From contig NC_043005.1 of NCBI RefSeq assembly GCF_006345805.1, positions 79,174,001 to 79,238,000 of the forward strand: DNA of 64,000 nucleotides, read 5' to 3'. The position numbers and the translations under genes are program-made. Each line of letters begins with the position of its first letter. Positions within the stretch are counted from its first letter, which is position 1. The DNA is from Octopus sinensis. Lineage: Eukaryota. Positions 26,561-39,338 of the stretch are shown here, one piece after another. The notes under the pieces were generated by a model. It was not told the DNA's origin, did no database searches, and saw nothing but the letters and a program-made list of their open reading frames with translations.

Positions 26561-27329
26561 TGCAATCTTTATCTGTAGTCCACTAGCAATGTTTAAGCAA
26601 ACTTTCGTTTTCAAATTTCACACTGAAAGATGGGCTTTATACATATCGACATTCCATTGACCATGAGTCTCTCTTCTTTCTCTCAACTAGATATCATAAT
26701 TTAAAGCATCTAGTTACTTTGTCTCAAATTTTTCTTTCCCACTTATTTTCATATGTACTTAATTCTTTTAACTCCCTTAAACTTCTCTTGTCACCAACGA
26801 CACTTCGACCGTATTGCTTTTAGCATAGGCGATCTCTGTCACCTTAAACATCTCGCGGAAGTCGTCGTTCTTTATGATTTAATAATTCCTATTCTTCTTC
26901 GTTCTCATACTCATTCCATAATGAAATCACCGATGCATAAATGTGATTGTTTTGCGATCCTCAACTCAACACATTGAGTTTCGTACAAGAGAACTAAAAC
27001 GTTATCCATTATATATGTCTCTAGATATACCATTTCGTAAGACCACGGCTTAACCATGACTGTCAACAACACACATATTCACTAAACAAAAGCCTTACTT
27101 CCTGGGCCATATAGTACACTATGTCATCTGATATTCAACAGTCAGTTGTAGACCAAATATTCCTGGTGGTGTATGTGCTTCATCTCTAACTTAAGGAATT
27201 AAACATACAGGTGACTGAAAACCTTCACTTAGACATGTCCCTATACATCACACACACAAGAAAAGCCCATAGTCCGCGGTTGATCGCAAGTTGTCGAGGG
27301 GGTAATAATTATATATCTTTTAACAGTAT

Positions 27330-27490
27330 ACTGAAACACTGCATATTCCAAGATAATATTAATACAGCAAACTCTACGTTTATTAATAACAGCATACGAC
27401 TGGAATCTTCAAAATTGTCCCAAATCCTAAGCCTCTTTGCCACTGAAGAACTCTCATGAAGAACGTACGTCAGAAACGTAGCAAAAATAC
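27330..27490 (+). mobile_element. Probable PLE 3' end with degenerate HHR-like motif (27443-27485)
   Basis: TETLHI..NINT resembles GIY-YIG C-terminus; followed by CTGAAGA...GAAACGTA-GCAAA with poor stem II. Confidence 0.35.
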
Positions 27491-27709
27491 ATCTGAAAGT
27501 CGTACTATTTTATACTCGGTCTTAACTCAAAAAATAAGGGTACGATTTATCCACGAGCAAAGAGATTATATAGTTATATATCATTTCAATCATTCGACTG
27601 CGGCTATGCTGGGGCTCTGACTCAGAAAGTTTAGTCTGAGCAAATGAACCCAAATACATATCCTGGAGTATAAGTGAGTCGTTAGTGCATAGCCTCTCTC
27701 TCTCTCTCT

Positions 27710-27753
<44 letters not shown>

Positions 27754-27973
27754 AGCATAATTAAATCTCAGAATGAGATTGAAACAGTAATCGCTCGATA
27801 AGGTAAAGTATAGAAGCCATCTTATCATGGCTAACCACATCGGGGGGAGAGGGTGTTACTGTAGCTTTATAGCCCCAAGAGATCGTCGTCTATAGCTGGC
27901 TTTAGACACCATATCAGTGCCCTTGAAGTATTTGCAAAGGGAGGCCATCCCTTCCTCGCAAGCCTGAGTGATA

Positions 27974-28016
27974 CGCTCGGACTAGTTTCGGGATATTTGT
28001 CCCTTGTCAACGGGCG
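27974..28016 (-). ncRNA. Identical inverted copy of the 28235-28277 HHR motif
   Basis: cgctcggactagtttcgggatatttgtcccttgtcaacgggcg is its exact reverse complement. Confidence 0.7.
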
Positions 28017-28234
28017 GTAACCACCGGGATGCAACGAAAGTGAAGGCTTCCTTGCAAATATATAAGAGTTTTTCTAGTGGCATTTGCTGCTGATTTCGAA
28101 AAACTGACAGTAAGCATAATTAAATCTCAGAATGAGATTGAAACAGTAATCGCTCGATAATGTAAAGTATAGAAGCCATCTTATCATGGCTAACCACATA
28201 GGGGGGAAGGGGTGTTACTGTAGCTGGTGGTTAC

Positions 28235-28277
28235 CGCCCGTTGACAAGGGACAAATATCCCGAAACTAGTCCGAGCG
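28235..28277 (+). ncRNA. Minimal HHR motif with core UUGACAA
   Basis: CGCCCG-TTGACAA-GGGA/CAAATA/TCCC-GAAA-C-TA-GTC-CGAGCG; palindrome ACTAGT. Confidence 0.7.
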
Positions 28278-28454
28278 TATCACTCAGGCTTGCGAGAAAG
28301 GGATGGCCTCTTTTGCAAATACTTCAAGGGCACTGATATGGTGTCTAAAGCCAACTAGAGACGACGATCTCTTGGGGCTATAAAGCTACAGTAACACCCC
28401 CTCCCCTATGTGGTTAGCCATGATAAGATGGCTTCTAAACTTTACATTATATAT

Positions 28455-28665
28455 AGGGAGAGTTCACGAAAAAAAACAAAAGACGAAGACAGGTGGTGTA
28501 CAAAACAAATAGATGTATTAGTATAACGCTCAGGAGTAGAAGAAGTCTTTCACGTTTCTCGCCTACGCTCTTCTACAGAAAAGGACACAGGAAAAAACAA
28601 GGGGGAGAAAAAATATGTGTGTAGTGGCTACCGATCTATCATGGCGACTGCCGGAGAGAAGGGTC
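28455..28665 (-). mobile_element. H1 repeat copy with HHR-like motif at 28545-28582
   Basis: CTGTAGAAGAGCGTAGGCGAGAAACGTGAAAGAC on minus; stem II damaged. Confidence 0.65.
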
Positions 28666-29712
28666 TATATATATATATATATATATGCATTTGTATGTGT
28701 GTGTACGTGTATATAGACAAGTGTGTGGGCGTGTGTGCACAGTAATCTGTGTGCTCTAGTGTGTGTATGTGTAAAGTATATGCATACTTTAATATACTTT
28801 AGTATGTCACTTCGTTTGCCTTATATTCCATGATAGCTATAGATGCTCTATAATACGATAGCATATTAATGGTCTATCTATCTTTTCAATGAACTTTGCA
28901 CAAAAATACAAATTTATCGTACATACATACATTCGTATCTATACACACACACACATATATATATACGCATGCGCTTAAGTTGTAATATATACGTATTGCT
29001 TGATTTTGTTTTCAAGTTCTTGTGTAACTTACGATTTGCGATGCAAACTTCGCCTCATGGGTGAAGTGAAGCGTGACTTCATTGTTTGCATCTAAGGGAG
29101 AATATATTTTCCGTGAATGGCAACATGCAATAATACGAGCATTGAGAAGCGATATTCATTCATCAATCACAATATACAACACTACTATATTAGCTTGCAG
29201 GAGCTACACTCTATATGTATTATCATTGTCAATAATTCGCAGAATATTTCAGTTGGTAGTATTACATATTCTTCCCTCCCAAAATTTACTTAAAACGTTT
29301 ATCTTTCATCGGTATTGTAAAAGAACAAAAATACGATAGATTCCACAAAAACATCATTGAAAATCATACCTTATGCTACAGTCTGCGTCTTCTACATTTA
29401 CCAACAAAAGCTAATCAAATTTATGAAAATTCTTTTATTCATTAATTCCATTATTCTTATACTTGATTCAGTGATTGGACTCCGGTAATGGGGGTGGTAT
29501 CGCCGTTAAGAGTTTAGTCGAATAAATAAATCTATCTCGGTACTAATAGTTTTTTTATTATTTATTTTGTCTGGTGCTTATTCTATGGGCTCTACTTTGG
29601 CATACACCAACGTAAAATACCCACGCACATTCGTACGTACGTTCATACATACATAAATACATGTATACATACATACATACATACATAAATTTATGCACAC
29701 TTTCATGCGCAA

Positions 29713-29747
<35 letters not shown>

Positions 29748-29846
29748 AACAAACACATATATATGTATATGGCGGGCTTCGATACAGTTTCCCTTTACCG
29801 AATTCACTCGCAAAGACATATATATATGTGTGTGTGTGTGTATGTC

Positions 29847-30340
29847 TTACAATTAATAAGAGGAATGACCACTAAAGTGGAATCCTAAACGCTAGAAATA
29901 GACGTCAAATCGTCTTACCACAAAGAGTGTTTTCTCAAGTAAAAAAACCCGACGAACACCAAAATGTAAGAAATAACATAGATAGACCATTACATTTTGG
30001 CGTTTGCGGGGTTATTTTCTTGAGAACACAGTCTTTGTGTTAAGACGATTTGACGTCTATTTCTAGCGTATAGGATTCCACTTCAGTGGTCATCCCTCTT
30101 ATTAATTGTAATACACATACATATATATATATATACATATATGTATATATATATATGTATGTGTATTACAATTAATAAGAGGAATGACCATGGAGGTGGA
30201 TTCCCATACGCCAGAGATAGACGTCTAATCGCCTTACCACAAAGAGTGTGTTCTCAAGAAAAAAAAACCCAGCAAACAGTGGTGACGTCTATTTCTAGCG
30301 TATAGGATTCCACTTTAGTGGTCATTCCTCTTATTAATTG
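29847..30340. repeat. Four alternating-orientation copies of one unit forming two hairpins (29847-30111, 30166-30340)
   Basis: ttacaattaataagaggaatgacca...ctagaaatagacgtc repeated forward/reverse/forward/reverse. Confidence 0.8.
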
Positions 30341-30569
30341 AAAAAATAAATTTTAAATCACTGGATTAAATTGATGTTAATTAATTGATATGAATTTCTA
30401 CCATCGGTATTTTAATTTATATGTATGTATTTGTGTATGTATGTATGTATGTATGTATGTATGTATGTATGTATGTATGTATGTATGTATGCATGCATGC
30501 ATGCATGCATGCATGCATGTATGTATGCATGTATGTATGTATGTATGTATGTATGTATATGTATATAAT

Positions 30570-30980
30570 GAGCCTGTGGAAAAGGAAGGGGTGTTGCTTT
30601 TTAGTGTGTGATTTGTGGGAGGAGATACTTGAGTCATGCTGGCCTGGTCAGCCATCACACAACTTACAAGAATCAACCCATTGTAAATTGCGATTCGGCT
30701 ATTTTTCAGAACCCGTGCAGAACACGGCTATTAAACAAAGCACGCGCAGCCTGCGGAAAGGTGTGCCTTTCAATTGGAGGATTGAAAAGGCACATCAAAA
30801 TACTTCATCCTATGTCACCTGTTCTGTCTGTCAGCCGGCAAAACTGTGAGTTATGCAAGAGAACGTGCAAATCTTTGGCCATTCTCAAGAGTCATACAAG
30901 GACCTCACATTACATCCTCAATAGCTCATCTCGATGATTCTTTCTAGCAATGAATTTGCTCATATACGAGAGTCAACTAT
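30570..30980 (+). mobile_element. Three C2H2 zinc fingers followed by short UTR and (TATG)n tail; probable LINE 3' end
   Basis: CVICx12H, (C>R)AACx12Hx4H, CELCx12Hx4H in ORF 30605-30937; long non-TGEKP linkers; stop just upstream. Confidence 0.55.
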
Positions 30981-31469
30981 GTATGTATGTATGTATGTAT
31001 GTATGTATGTATGTGTGTATGTATGTATGTATGTATGTGTGTATGTATGTATTATGTATGTATGTATGTATGTATGTATGTTTGTGAGTATATAAAAATA
31101 TGTATGTGTGTATGTATGTTCGTATGTGCGTACGTACGTACATACGTATGTGAGTACGTAAGAATGTATGTATGTACGTACATATCTATGTATCATTAAA
31201 TGTACACGGTATAATAGTCACGAGTTTCTAACAGAGTATTGCTTTGAAGACGAGCATCTAGGCAGGTTTTTCTAAGAAGCCTCGTGTCGCCATGAAAGCC
31301 AGACGATTGCTTGGGGATACAAGGTGAGTTATAAAAATCTGCCAACACCCTCGTCTCCAAAGTGAGAAAATATAAGTATCTTCTATCTTCATATTGAGTT
31401 CATTTATCACTCACTGAATGGAATGTCCGTTTTTCTGGTCTTTCCTTAACGGAACAGCAAACTGTGTGA

Positions 31470-31502
<33 letters not shown>

Positions 31503-31505
31503 TAT

Positions 31506-31553
<48 letters not shown>

Positions 31554-33109
31554 TCTCTATATATATATATAGGAGAGGAACCCCACCATTTACTGACTTA
31601 TAAATATATATATAACAGAAAAAAATGGAACAAGAACGTAACAGGCGACAACAAAACATCCGTACTGTTAAACGATACAAAAAAGGACACAAAATACATG
31701 GACGGGTCAGTCGGAGCTTTCTATCCTCAGTCGAGTTCTAGATTATCGTAGCAGTTTCGGCTGGTTACACTCGAAACTGCTCCAATCTGGCCGGCCCCAT
31801 GAAAATCTAAACGAAGAGCATTAGACTCCTTGGAAGAAGGCAAGCGAATGTATACGAAAACAAGGACGAAAAATGAACGGAGAAATGGTACACAATTACA
31901 AATAGAAACAACAGGACATTAATAACAATTGTCTTTCGACTAACGATGAATTAAATTAAGCTGGCGAGTGTGGAAGTGAAGCCTTACGGCAGGGACATAA
32001 GTGATGAAAGTCATGGGAAGGAATGTAAGATATGCTACACGGGTTGTAGTCGAACCAAGAAAGAAAGGTCAGGCTTGGTGGAACACTAGTCACGTAGAAA
32101 GAGAGAAGAGGTAGGTGACAGAGATTGAAGAATTAGGGAGGGACGAGAAAGAGAGGAAAAGAAGGGAAAGGGACAGGGTGAGGTAAAATATGAGGGAAAG
32201 TGAGAGTGAAGTGAAGGCCAAGAAATGAGAGGGAGGGGAAAGAGAAAAAGAAAAGTGGAAAGAACGAAGGAATTGTAAGAGTCGTACAGAATTTAGATAT
32301 GTATATATATGTACTTACATACAGGAGACCAAAATGTCCGAAAGCCGAAAACAGAAAAATGGAACAAGAACGTAACAGCCTCAACAAAACGCATGTATGT
32401 GTGTGAGTGTGTGTCTGTACATATATATATGTTGGTATATCAGTGTATGCGTGGATGGGTCTGTGTGTCTTTGTGTCTAACCTCCACTATCGTTTGACAA
32501 CCTTGTTTATTTACTTCTCCGTTACTTAGCTGTTCGACAAAAGAGACCGATTGAATTAGTACCTGACTCTAATACGCGAGTGAGATCGATCTGCTCGGCT
32601 AAAACTCTGCAATGTGATGTCCCAGGATGGTTGCACTTTAGAGAGAAATCTGAGATCTGACGTTCATGCCTTTCCGAAAGATAATAACGAAATTGGCAGA
32701 TAACATAAACTAATTCAACCGGAAATTGAAGAAATCGCCTTACAATAAACAGCTTGGCAAATGTTATTTTTTCCTCTCTTAATATATGCCATTCAACGCA
32801 AGTTTTAATTAAATTATTATTTCATAATATTATTTATTTCACCTTAAGCAAGGTGTTAGCTTCTATTGTTGCATTTCTTTCAAAATATCAGGGATGTCAT
32901 CTTAATTTCGTTTACATTTATTGTTTGCATTATAATTCAAATATAAACAATTATTGTTAATTGTATAATAATTGTCCCCTCCAGCGATACCATCTTTTGT
33001 TTTATTTAAACACAATATAGAATAACTAAACATATAATTCTAGTTGCAATAGATGCATACTTTTGTATATATGTGTATGTATGTGTATATACATACATAC
33101 ATACATACA

Positions 33110-33153
<44 letters not shown>

Positions 33154-33160
33154 TATATAG

Positions 33161-33216
<56 letters not shown>

Positions 33217-33353
33217 TATAGGAAACATTGTGTAATGCTGCCCACACAGAACTAATTGTCTGGCACATACACATACACTCACATGCAATCACACACAAAC
33301 ACACATAGAGAGAGAGAGAGAGAGGGAGGCATATCTATCTATCTCTCTATCTA

Positions 33354-33398
<45 letters not shown>

Positions 33399-33961
33399 GT
33401 AATTATGTATATATACAAATATATGTATATTTATGTGTGTATATATATATGTGCATATATATATATATATATATATAAATTATATAAAGTACATGTATCT
33501 GTATGTATTCGTATATATTTCTGTGTGTGTGTATGTGTGTATATGTGTGTACGCGTGTGTATATAGGTGTGTGTATGTATGAATATACATTTGTATGCAT
33601 ACATGTATACGATAATGAATTCTGTGTAGGCAGAATGGCGAAATATAATATTGTGCCCTTTAGATATTTTTCTATCTAATATATTGCCAATCAAACTGCA
33701 ATTAGTATTCATACAATAAACTATACAATTGTTACTAGTAGGCACAAGCGTTGGAACAATATGTTGATTCGATTCAGTATGCGAGTTATAGCTTAAATCA
33801 GTAAGGATGTATAAAATAATATAGACAAAAGAGCTGGTATTTTGTGAAGAGACGGATAAAAATAATATATGGCAAAGAACGACGTTAATCAGAGAAGATT
33901 TTCGCAAGATATAGAATTCAAATTAATTTATTTATTTAATATTCTCTCAATAGTCTCTGTT

Positions 33962-34772
33962 TTAAGGCGTCAAGCTGGCAGAACCGTTTGCACGCCGGGC
34001 GAAATGCTTAACCTTATTTCGTCCGCCGCTTCGTTCTGAGATCAAATTCCGCCGAAGTCGACTTTGCCTTTCATCCTTTCGGTGTCGATTAAATAAGTAC
34101 CAGTTACGCACTGGGGTCGATATAATCGACTTAAACCGTTTGTCTGTCCTTGTTAGCCCCCTGAGTGTGTAGCCCCTTTTGAGCAGTAAAGAAGTAAGGA
34201 ATGTTAGTACGCCTGGCTAAATGCGTAGCCGTATTTTATCTGCCGTTACGTTCTGAGTTCAAATTCCACCAAGGTCGACTTTGCCTTTCATCCTTTCGGG
34301 GTCGATAAATTAAGTACCATTTGCGCGCTGGAGTTGATCCCTTTGTCTGTTTTTGGTTGTCCTCTCTGTGTTTAGCCTCTTGTAGCTAGTAAAGAAAAAG
34401 GTATTTCGTCTGCCGAAGGCGGTGAGCTGGCAGAATCGTTAGTACGCCGGGAGAAATGCTTTGTGGTATTTCGTCTGCCGCTACGTTCTGAGTTTAAACT
34501 CCGCCGAGGTCGACTTTGCCTTTCATCTCTTCGGGGTCGATTAAATAAGTACCAGTTACGCACTGGGGTCGATATAATCGACTTCATTCGTTTGTCTGTC
34601 CTTGCAGGTCCTTTCTGTGTTTAGCCCCTTGTGGGTAGTAAAGAGATAGGTAGTTCGTCTGCCGTTACGTTCTGAGTCGATTTTACCTTTCATCTGGAGT
34701 TGATAGTTGATATAATTGACTTACCGACTTACTCGAAATTGCTGGCCTTGTGCCAAAATTTGAAACCAATAT
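33962..34772 (+). mobile_element. Tandem array of SINE family A units (about 4)
   Basis: Head ggc..agctggcagaa then repeated gttctgagttcaaattcc...gtcgactttgcctttcatcctttcggggtcgat units. Confidence 0.85.
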
Positions 34773-35204
34773 TAACCATGAGACAAAGACAAATCAAAAG
34801 AACAACTGATTTATTAGCAACAAGCTGTTATGCATCTACAATATCTGTTCCATTAATCTTGATTACAAATTAGATTATCACAGACGATTTCCTTAATTAT
34901 CCGATTTGCATATTAATGCAATTTAGCCAATCTGTAATGTTTTTGCTTTATAAATCTTATAAGATGTAGAATTATTTTCTTTGTAATTTATTTTCCTTTT
35001 TATTGTATTTTCTTATTATTTTCGTCAATAAGCATCAAGTACGCGGTATGATGCTTATGTCTTAGGAAATATGTAAAACTCTTACCACTTTCACTCTTCA
35101 TATAAATGGAATTGTTGCAACAGAAATATATATAGTCGCCTGATATTATCATCGACATCATCATTTTCATAGTACCCATTTCTTTACTACCCTCAAGGGT
35201 AGTA

Positions 35205-35597
35205 AATACAGAGGGGACAAACAAGTACAGACAAACGGATTAAGTCGATTATATCGATACCAGGGCGTAACTGGTACTTATTTAATCGACCCCGAAAGGA
35301 TGAAAGGCAAAGTCGACATCGGCAGAATTTGAACTCAGAACGTAGCGGCAGACGAAATACTTATTTCTTTTACTACCTACAAGGGGCTAAACACAGAGGG
35401 GACAAACAAGGACAGACAAACGGATTAAGTCGATTATATCGACTCCAGTTCGTAACTAGTACTTATTTGATCGACCACGAAAGGATGAAAGGCAAAGTCG
35501 ACCTCGGTGGAACTTGAACTCAGAACGTAGCGGCAGAAGAAATAAGGGCAATCATTTCGCCCGGCGTGCTAACGTTTCTGCCAGCTCGCCGCCTTAC
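35205..35597 (-). mobile_element. SINE family A, dimeric
   Basis: Two body units plus head ending gccagctcgccgcctt. Confidence 0.85.
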
Positions 35598-35698
35598 AGA
35601 TAGTTGCTGTATTATGATTGAGAATCATCTATGTTAAAAAATATAATACATTATAACAGAAATTATATGAGCAGCAAACGATTTTTCACTCGTACATA

Positions 35699-35737
<39 letters not shown>

Positions 35738-36491
35738 TATTATTATTATTATTAATATTATTATTATTATTATTATTATTATATTATTATTATTATTATT
35801 ATTCACTGCTGCTTTCAGATTTTCTATGAGGATTTTCATATAAAACGTCTTTCACTTACTTTGAGGAATACAGATCTCATCCGTGTGTTTATGCTCTTCC
35901 TAACTGAAAGGGACGAGATTGATATACTAAACAATTCCCATAAGAAACATATGGTTTATATTATAGTAAACAAGGAGATGATTCTCACAACTACAATGGC
36001 TATTTTTAGTTAATATTCCCGGATAAAATTCAGGTGAGTACAGCATTAAGAATTATATTCTGTGTTATGCTTGAACCTAACATACAGGAAACGTTTTTTC
36101 TTGAGTTTCTTCTTTCGGGAAGAATTTCTGGTCTCAGATAAGTGGGGATATGTCATATATCAAAGGATAACATGACAGGTAATACCACTAAAATGATATA
36201 AGCGTATAGATTCTATCCTCTTGAAAATGGTTGAGTTTCTTAGCGCTTAGATATAGAATATAGAAGTATATTTTCCTATTATTGGATATAAAAGGAAAAT
36301 GTACTGTATACTATATCTAAGTGTATCAAAGCGCTAAGAAATTCACACACTCATACACACACACAATGCATACATACGCGCACACACACATGGTGAATTT
36401 AAATAGCCACAAAGAAAAAAAAACATACAAACGTTTGGTCATGGTACAAGCAATATATTAATAAGAGGGTCAGAGAAGGAAAAGAGTAGAA

Positions 36492-36526
36492 GTCTTACGT
36501 TTCGAGTATAGCTCCTCTTCGGAAAC
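36492..36526 (-). ncRNA. Minimal HHR motif, core CCGAAGA
   Basis: GTTT-CCGAAGA-G-GAG/CTATA/CTC-GAAA-C-GTA-AGAC; palindrome ACGT. Confidence 0.6.
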
Positions 36527-36697
36527 AGGAAGAAACAGGAATGTCCAAGAGGAAGGGGGAGAAAGATCGATAACAATCTCGTACGGTCACACACACACAA
36601 GCACGCATACATACACACACACGCATTCTTTTAGTCTTATATATATATATAATTGAAATTTACAGGGGAAACAAATGACGAAGACAGGTGTTAAAAT

Positions 36698-36766
<69 letters not shown>

Positions 36767-36815
36767 ATATATAATAGATAGATAGATAGATAGATAGATC
36801 GACAGATAGACAGAC

Positions 36816-36855
<40 letters not shown>

Positions 36856-36871
36856 TATATATATATATATT

Positions 36872-36925
<54 letters not shown>

Positions 36926-36948
36926 GATAACAAATAAATTCAGAAATA

Positions 36949-37193
36949 TTGGCTTGGTGCATAATTATTGCGGCTTTTTTCAACAACTCTTATTCAACAA
37001 AAGCAATAATAATATTTAACAAAAATATCTTTAAATGACAGTCTCACTGTCTGCCATGCAAATGGGAAGAGGTAATTGCAGTAGATGGGGAATATGCTTC
37101 GGAATAATCATTTAAAGAAGTTTCTTTTATGTTTTTGCTTATGTTGAATAAAACTTGTTTAAAAAAAGCCGCAATAATTATGCATCAACTCAA
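36949..37193 (+). mobile_element. Mariner-derived MITE, about 245 bp
   Basis: TIRs ttggcttggtgcataattattgcggctttttt / aaaaaagccgcaataattatgcatcaactcaa; internal LPCKWEEVIAVDGEY is a transposase C-terminal tip. Confidence 0.8.
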
Positions 37194-37524
37194 TGGATAG
37201 ATAGATAGAAAGATAGATAGAAAAATAGATGGATAAATATATAAAAATATAGATAGATAGACAGAGAGATAAATAGATAGATAGATTTATAAATAGATAG
37301 CTAGAGAGATAGATAGATAGATGGACAGACGAAATATATTCAGAAAAAACACGTATGAGCATATACATATTTATCTATTCTTTTTTTATTTTCTTTTCTC
37401 TTATTTATGTCAGTTATTTGACTGCGGCCAGGCTAGAACAGCGCTTTTAGTCGAACAAATCGACCCCAGGACTTATTCTTTGTAAGCCACGTACTTATTC
37501 CATCTGTCTCATTTGCCGAACCGT

Positions 37525-38330
37525 AAGTTTGTCGTTCTGCCTGGTTGGCCACCCTGTGGAGAGCGGTTGCTTCTCAGTCGTTGCAGTTGGTTGATTCTCA
37601 TTGAGATCATTTCGTTCTATTTGCTGAAGTTCGGTTTTGATTGGTCTAGAGTTAGGTGACGTCAGCAACTGGTATTTGTAAAATTTCATTGGTCTCGTGA
37701 TTGGTGACGTCGGCATCTGGTGTTTGTTTGGTGTTATTCTGCGCTGATTTGCAGTTGCAGTTTCGAAACTCGGGCTGAAGACTGTAACTAAAGTTTACAG
37801 AACTTTTTGTTGTTCTTGGTTGTTTTTTCATTGTGTGGAGAAATTGAGTCTTTTTTTCTTTTTGTCTTTAGTGTTTTTCTTCTTTCTAAAGGATATCCAG
37901 CTGTGTTTATACATTTTAATGAGTACCCTTTCTTTATTTAAACGGAATTGGGTTGATGTGTTTCCAGTGCATTGATAGAGATGAAAGATTTGGCATTTCA
38001 GGTTTATGTTTATGGAGCATTGGTCTAGGTGTTTCCTTACGGGAATTTTCCTTGTCATGAGGTCCCGGATTTGTTGCCTGTGCACCGTTAGTCTCTCCCT
38101 CAAGGTTAAACTAGTTTGATCTCTGTAGTCTCCACCACACTCTCAATTTTTGAGAACAGATTAAGCTCTTCGAGGCACAGGTGAAGAGATTTTGTATAGT
38201 AAATGTTTGACCTGACATAAATTTGTATGTTGAACCCTAAGAGGAAGATACAAGTTCCGCAGTGAGGGCGATTGCCTTTTTGACTAGTGGGGTTACCAAC
38301 CAAACAGAACGACAAACTTGACAACCGGAA
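37525..38330 (-). mobile_element. Penelope-like element fragment: Cys motif plus GIY-YIG endonuclease C-terminal half and pLTR-like region
   Basis: GNRPHCGTCIFL; RERLTVHRQQIRD..VRKHLDQC..FRLNKERVLI; tgacgtca/ccaatc repeats; short inverted flank 37525-37550 vs 38295-38320. Confidence 0.75.
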
Positions 38331-39067
38331 ATACAAGACGTCACCAGTACTTTAACGAATCAAATATCAGTTCAGCTTGCAGAAAAAAATTATAAATATA
38401 CCGGATACCAAAATACATCGTTACGAGAGAAAGTTGCTACGCAAGACGGAAAGAGGATCAGAGAAAGTGTAAACCAAGTCCCTTTTGTTACTGTCTTCAT
38501 TTCTCCCTTTTTCCCTCTTAAACAATGAGTAAGCTGTAAAACGTTCACGAGTGTTCTTACGACTGAAACGTTGATGATATTCAGTTTTAATATTATTAAC
38601 TGTTATGAACATTTAAACTTCTCAACATCGAAATTTCTGAACATGCTTTTCTAATTCATAATTCTAAATTTTTACCATTGATAAACAAAAAAATATTGTT
38701 GAAACTAGTTTGATATATGTGTAAATAAATTCATTTTAAACGATTACAACTTTTTCAAATTTAGGTACATTTTCAAATAAAAATTTCTCTAAATATGTAT
38801 ATAAAAGCGTGATATAGGCGTTTCTTAGTATGCTATTCATATTTAGTGACACTTATAATCTTCTTTTTAGTGAAATATTGTAACCACCCTATATATATAT
38901 ATATATATATATGTATATAGACCTAGACATACATATCTATCTATCTATCTATATTGACCACTGGTAACAAAAGATTTTTCGATGAATATTCTTGCTACCC
39001 TAAGATTTTAATATCTATCTATATCTATATATATCTATCTATATATCTATCTACCTATCTATTTATC

Positions 39068-39098
<31 letters not shown>

Positions 39099-39304
39099 TC
39101 TCTCTTTTTACAAGGCATAATGTCAGTGCACTTATCGGCATTCATGCCTTGATCGAAATATCGAGCCGCTAGCAAGGTGAAACTTCGAAATCCCTGTCAT
39201 TCCTTTTGTAAAAGGGGTTTGATTGATCCTTCAGTTTGATTGATTCTTCAAGAAAAAAAAAACGTTAACATATGTGCGTATGTGTGTGTATGTAAGTTAG
39301 GGTT

Positions 39305-39338
<34 letters not shown>

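Larger units (their letters stand above)
27754..28450. mobile_element. Fold-back PLE-type repeat: A-B-spacer-A-B(rc)-A(rc)
   Basis: 27754-27865 repeated directly at 28114-28225; 27800-28025 inverted at 28226-28450. Confidence 0.85.

Noticed and set aside
31380-32390. Repeat-like region possibly PLE-related
   Set aside because: No diagnostic protein motif or complete HHR could be read; left unclassified.
36010-36033. Plus-strand 24-nt micro-exon candidate ending CAG|GTGAGT; similar candidates near 21070-21210
   Set aside because: Strong donors also occur by chance and inside repeats here (e.g. 31320); no supporting neighbours.
39130-39205. TTGATCGA ... GAAACTTCGAA HHR-like remnant; similar at 47660-47715
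   Set aside because: Too many core mismatches to support.
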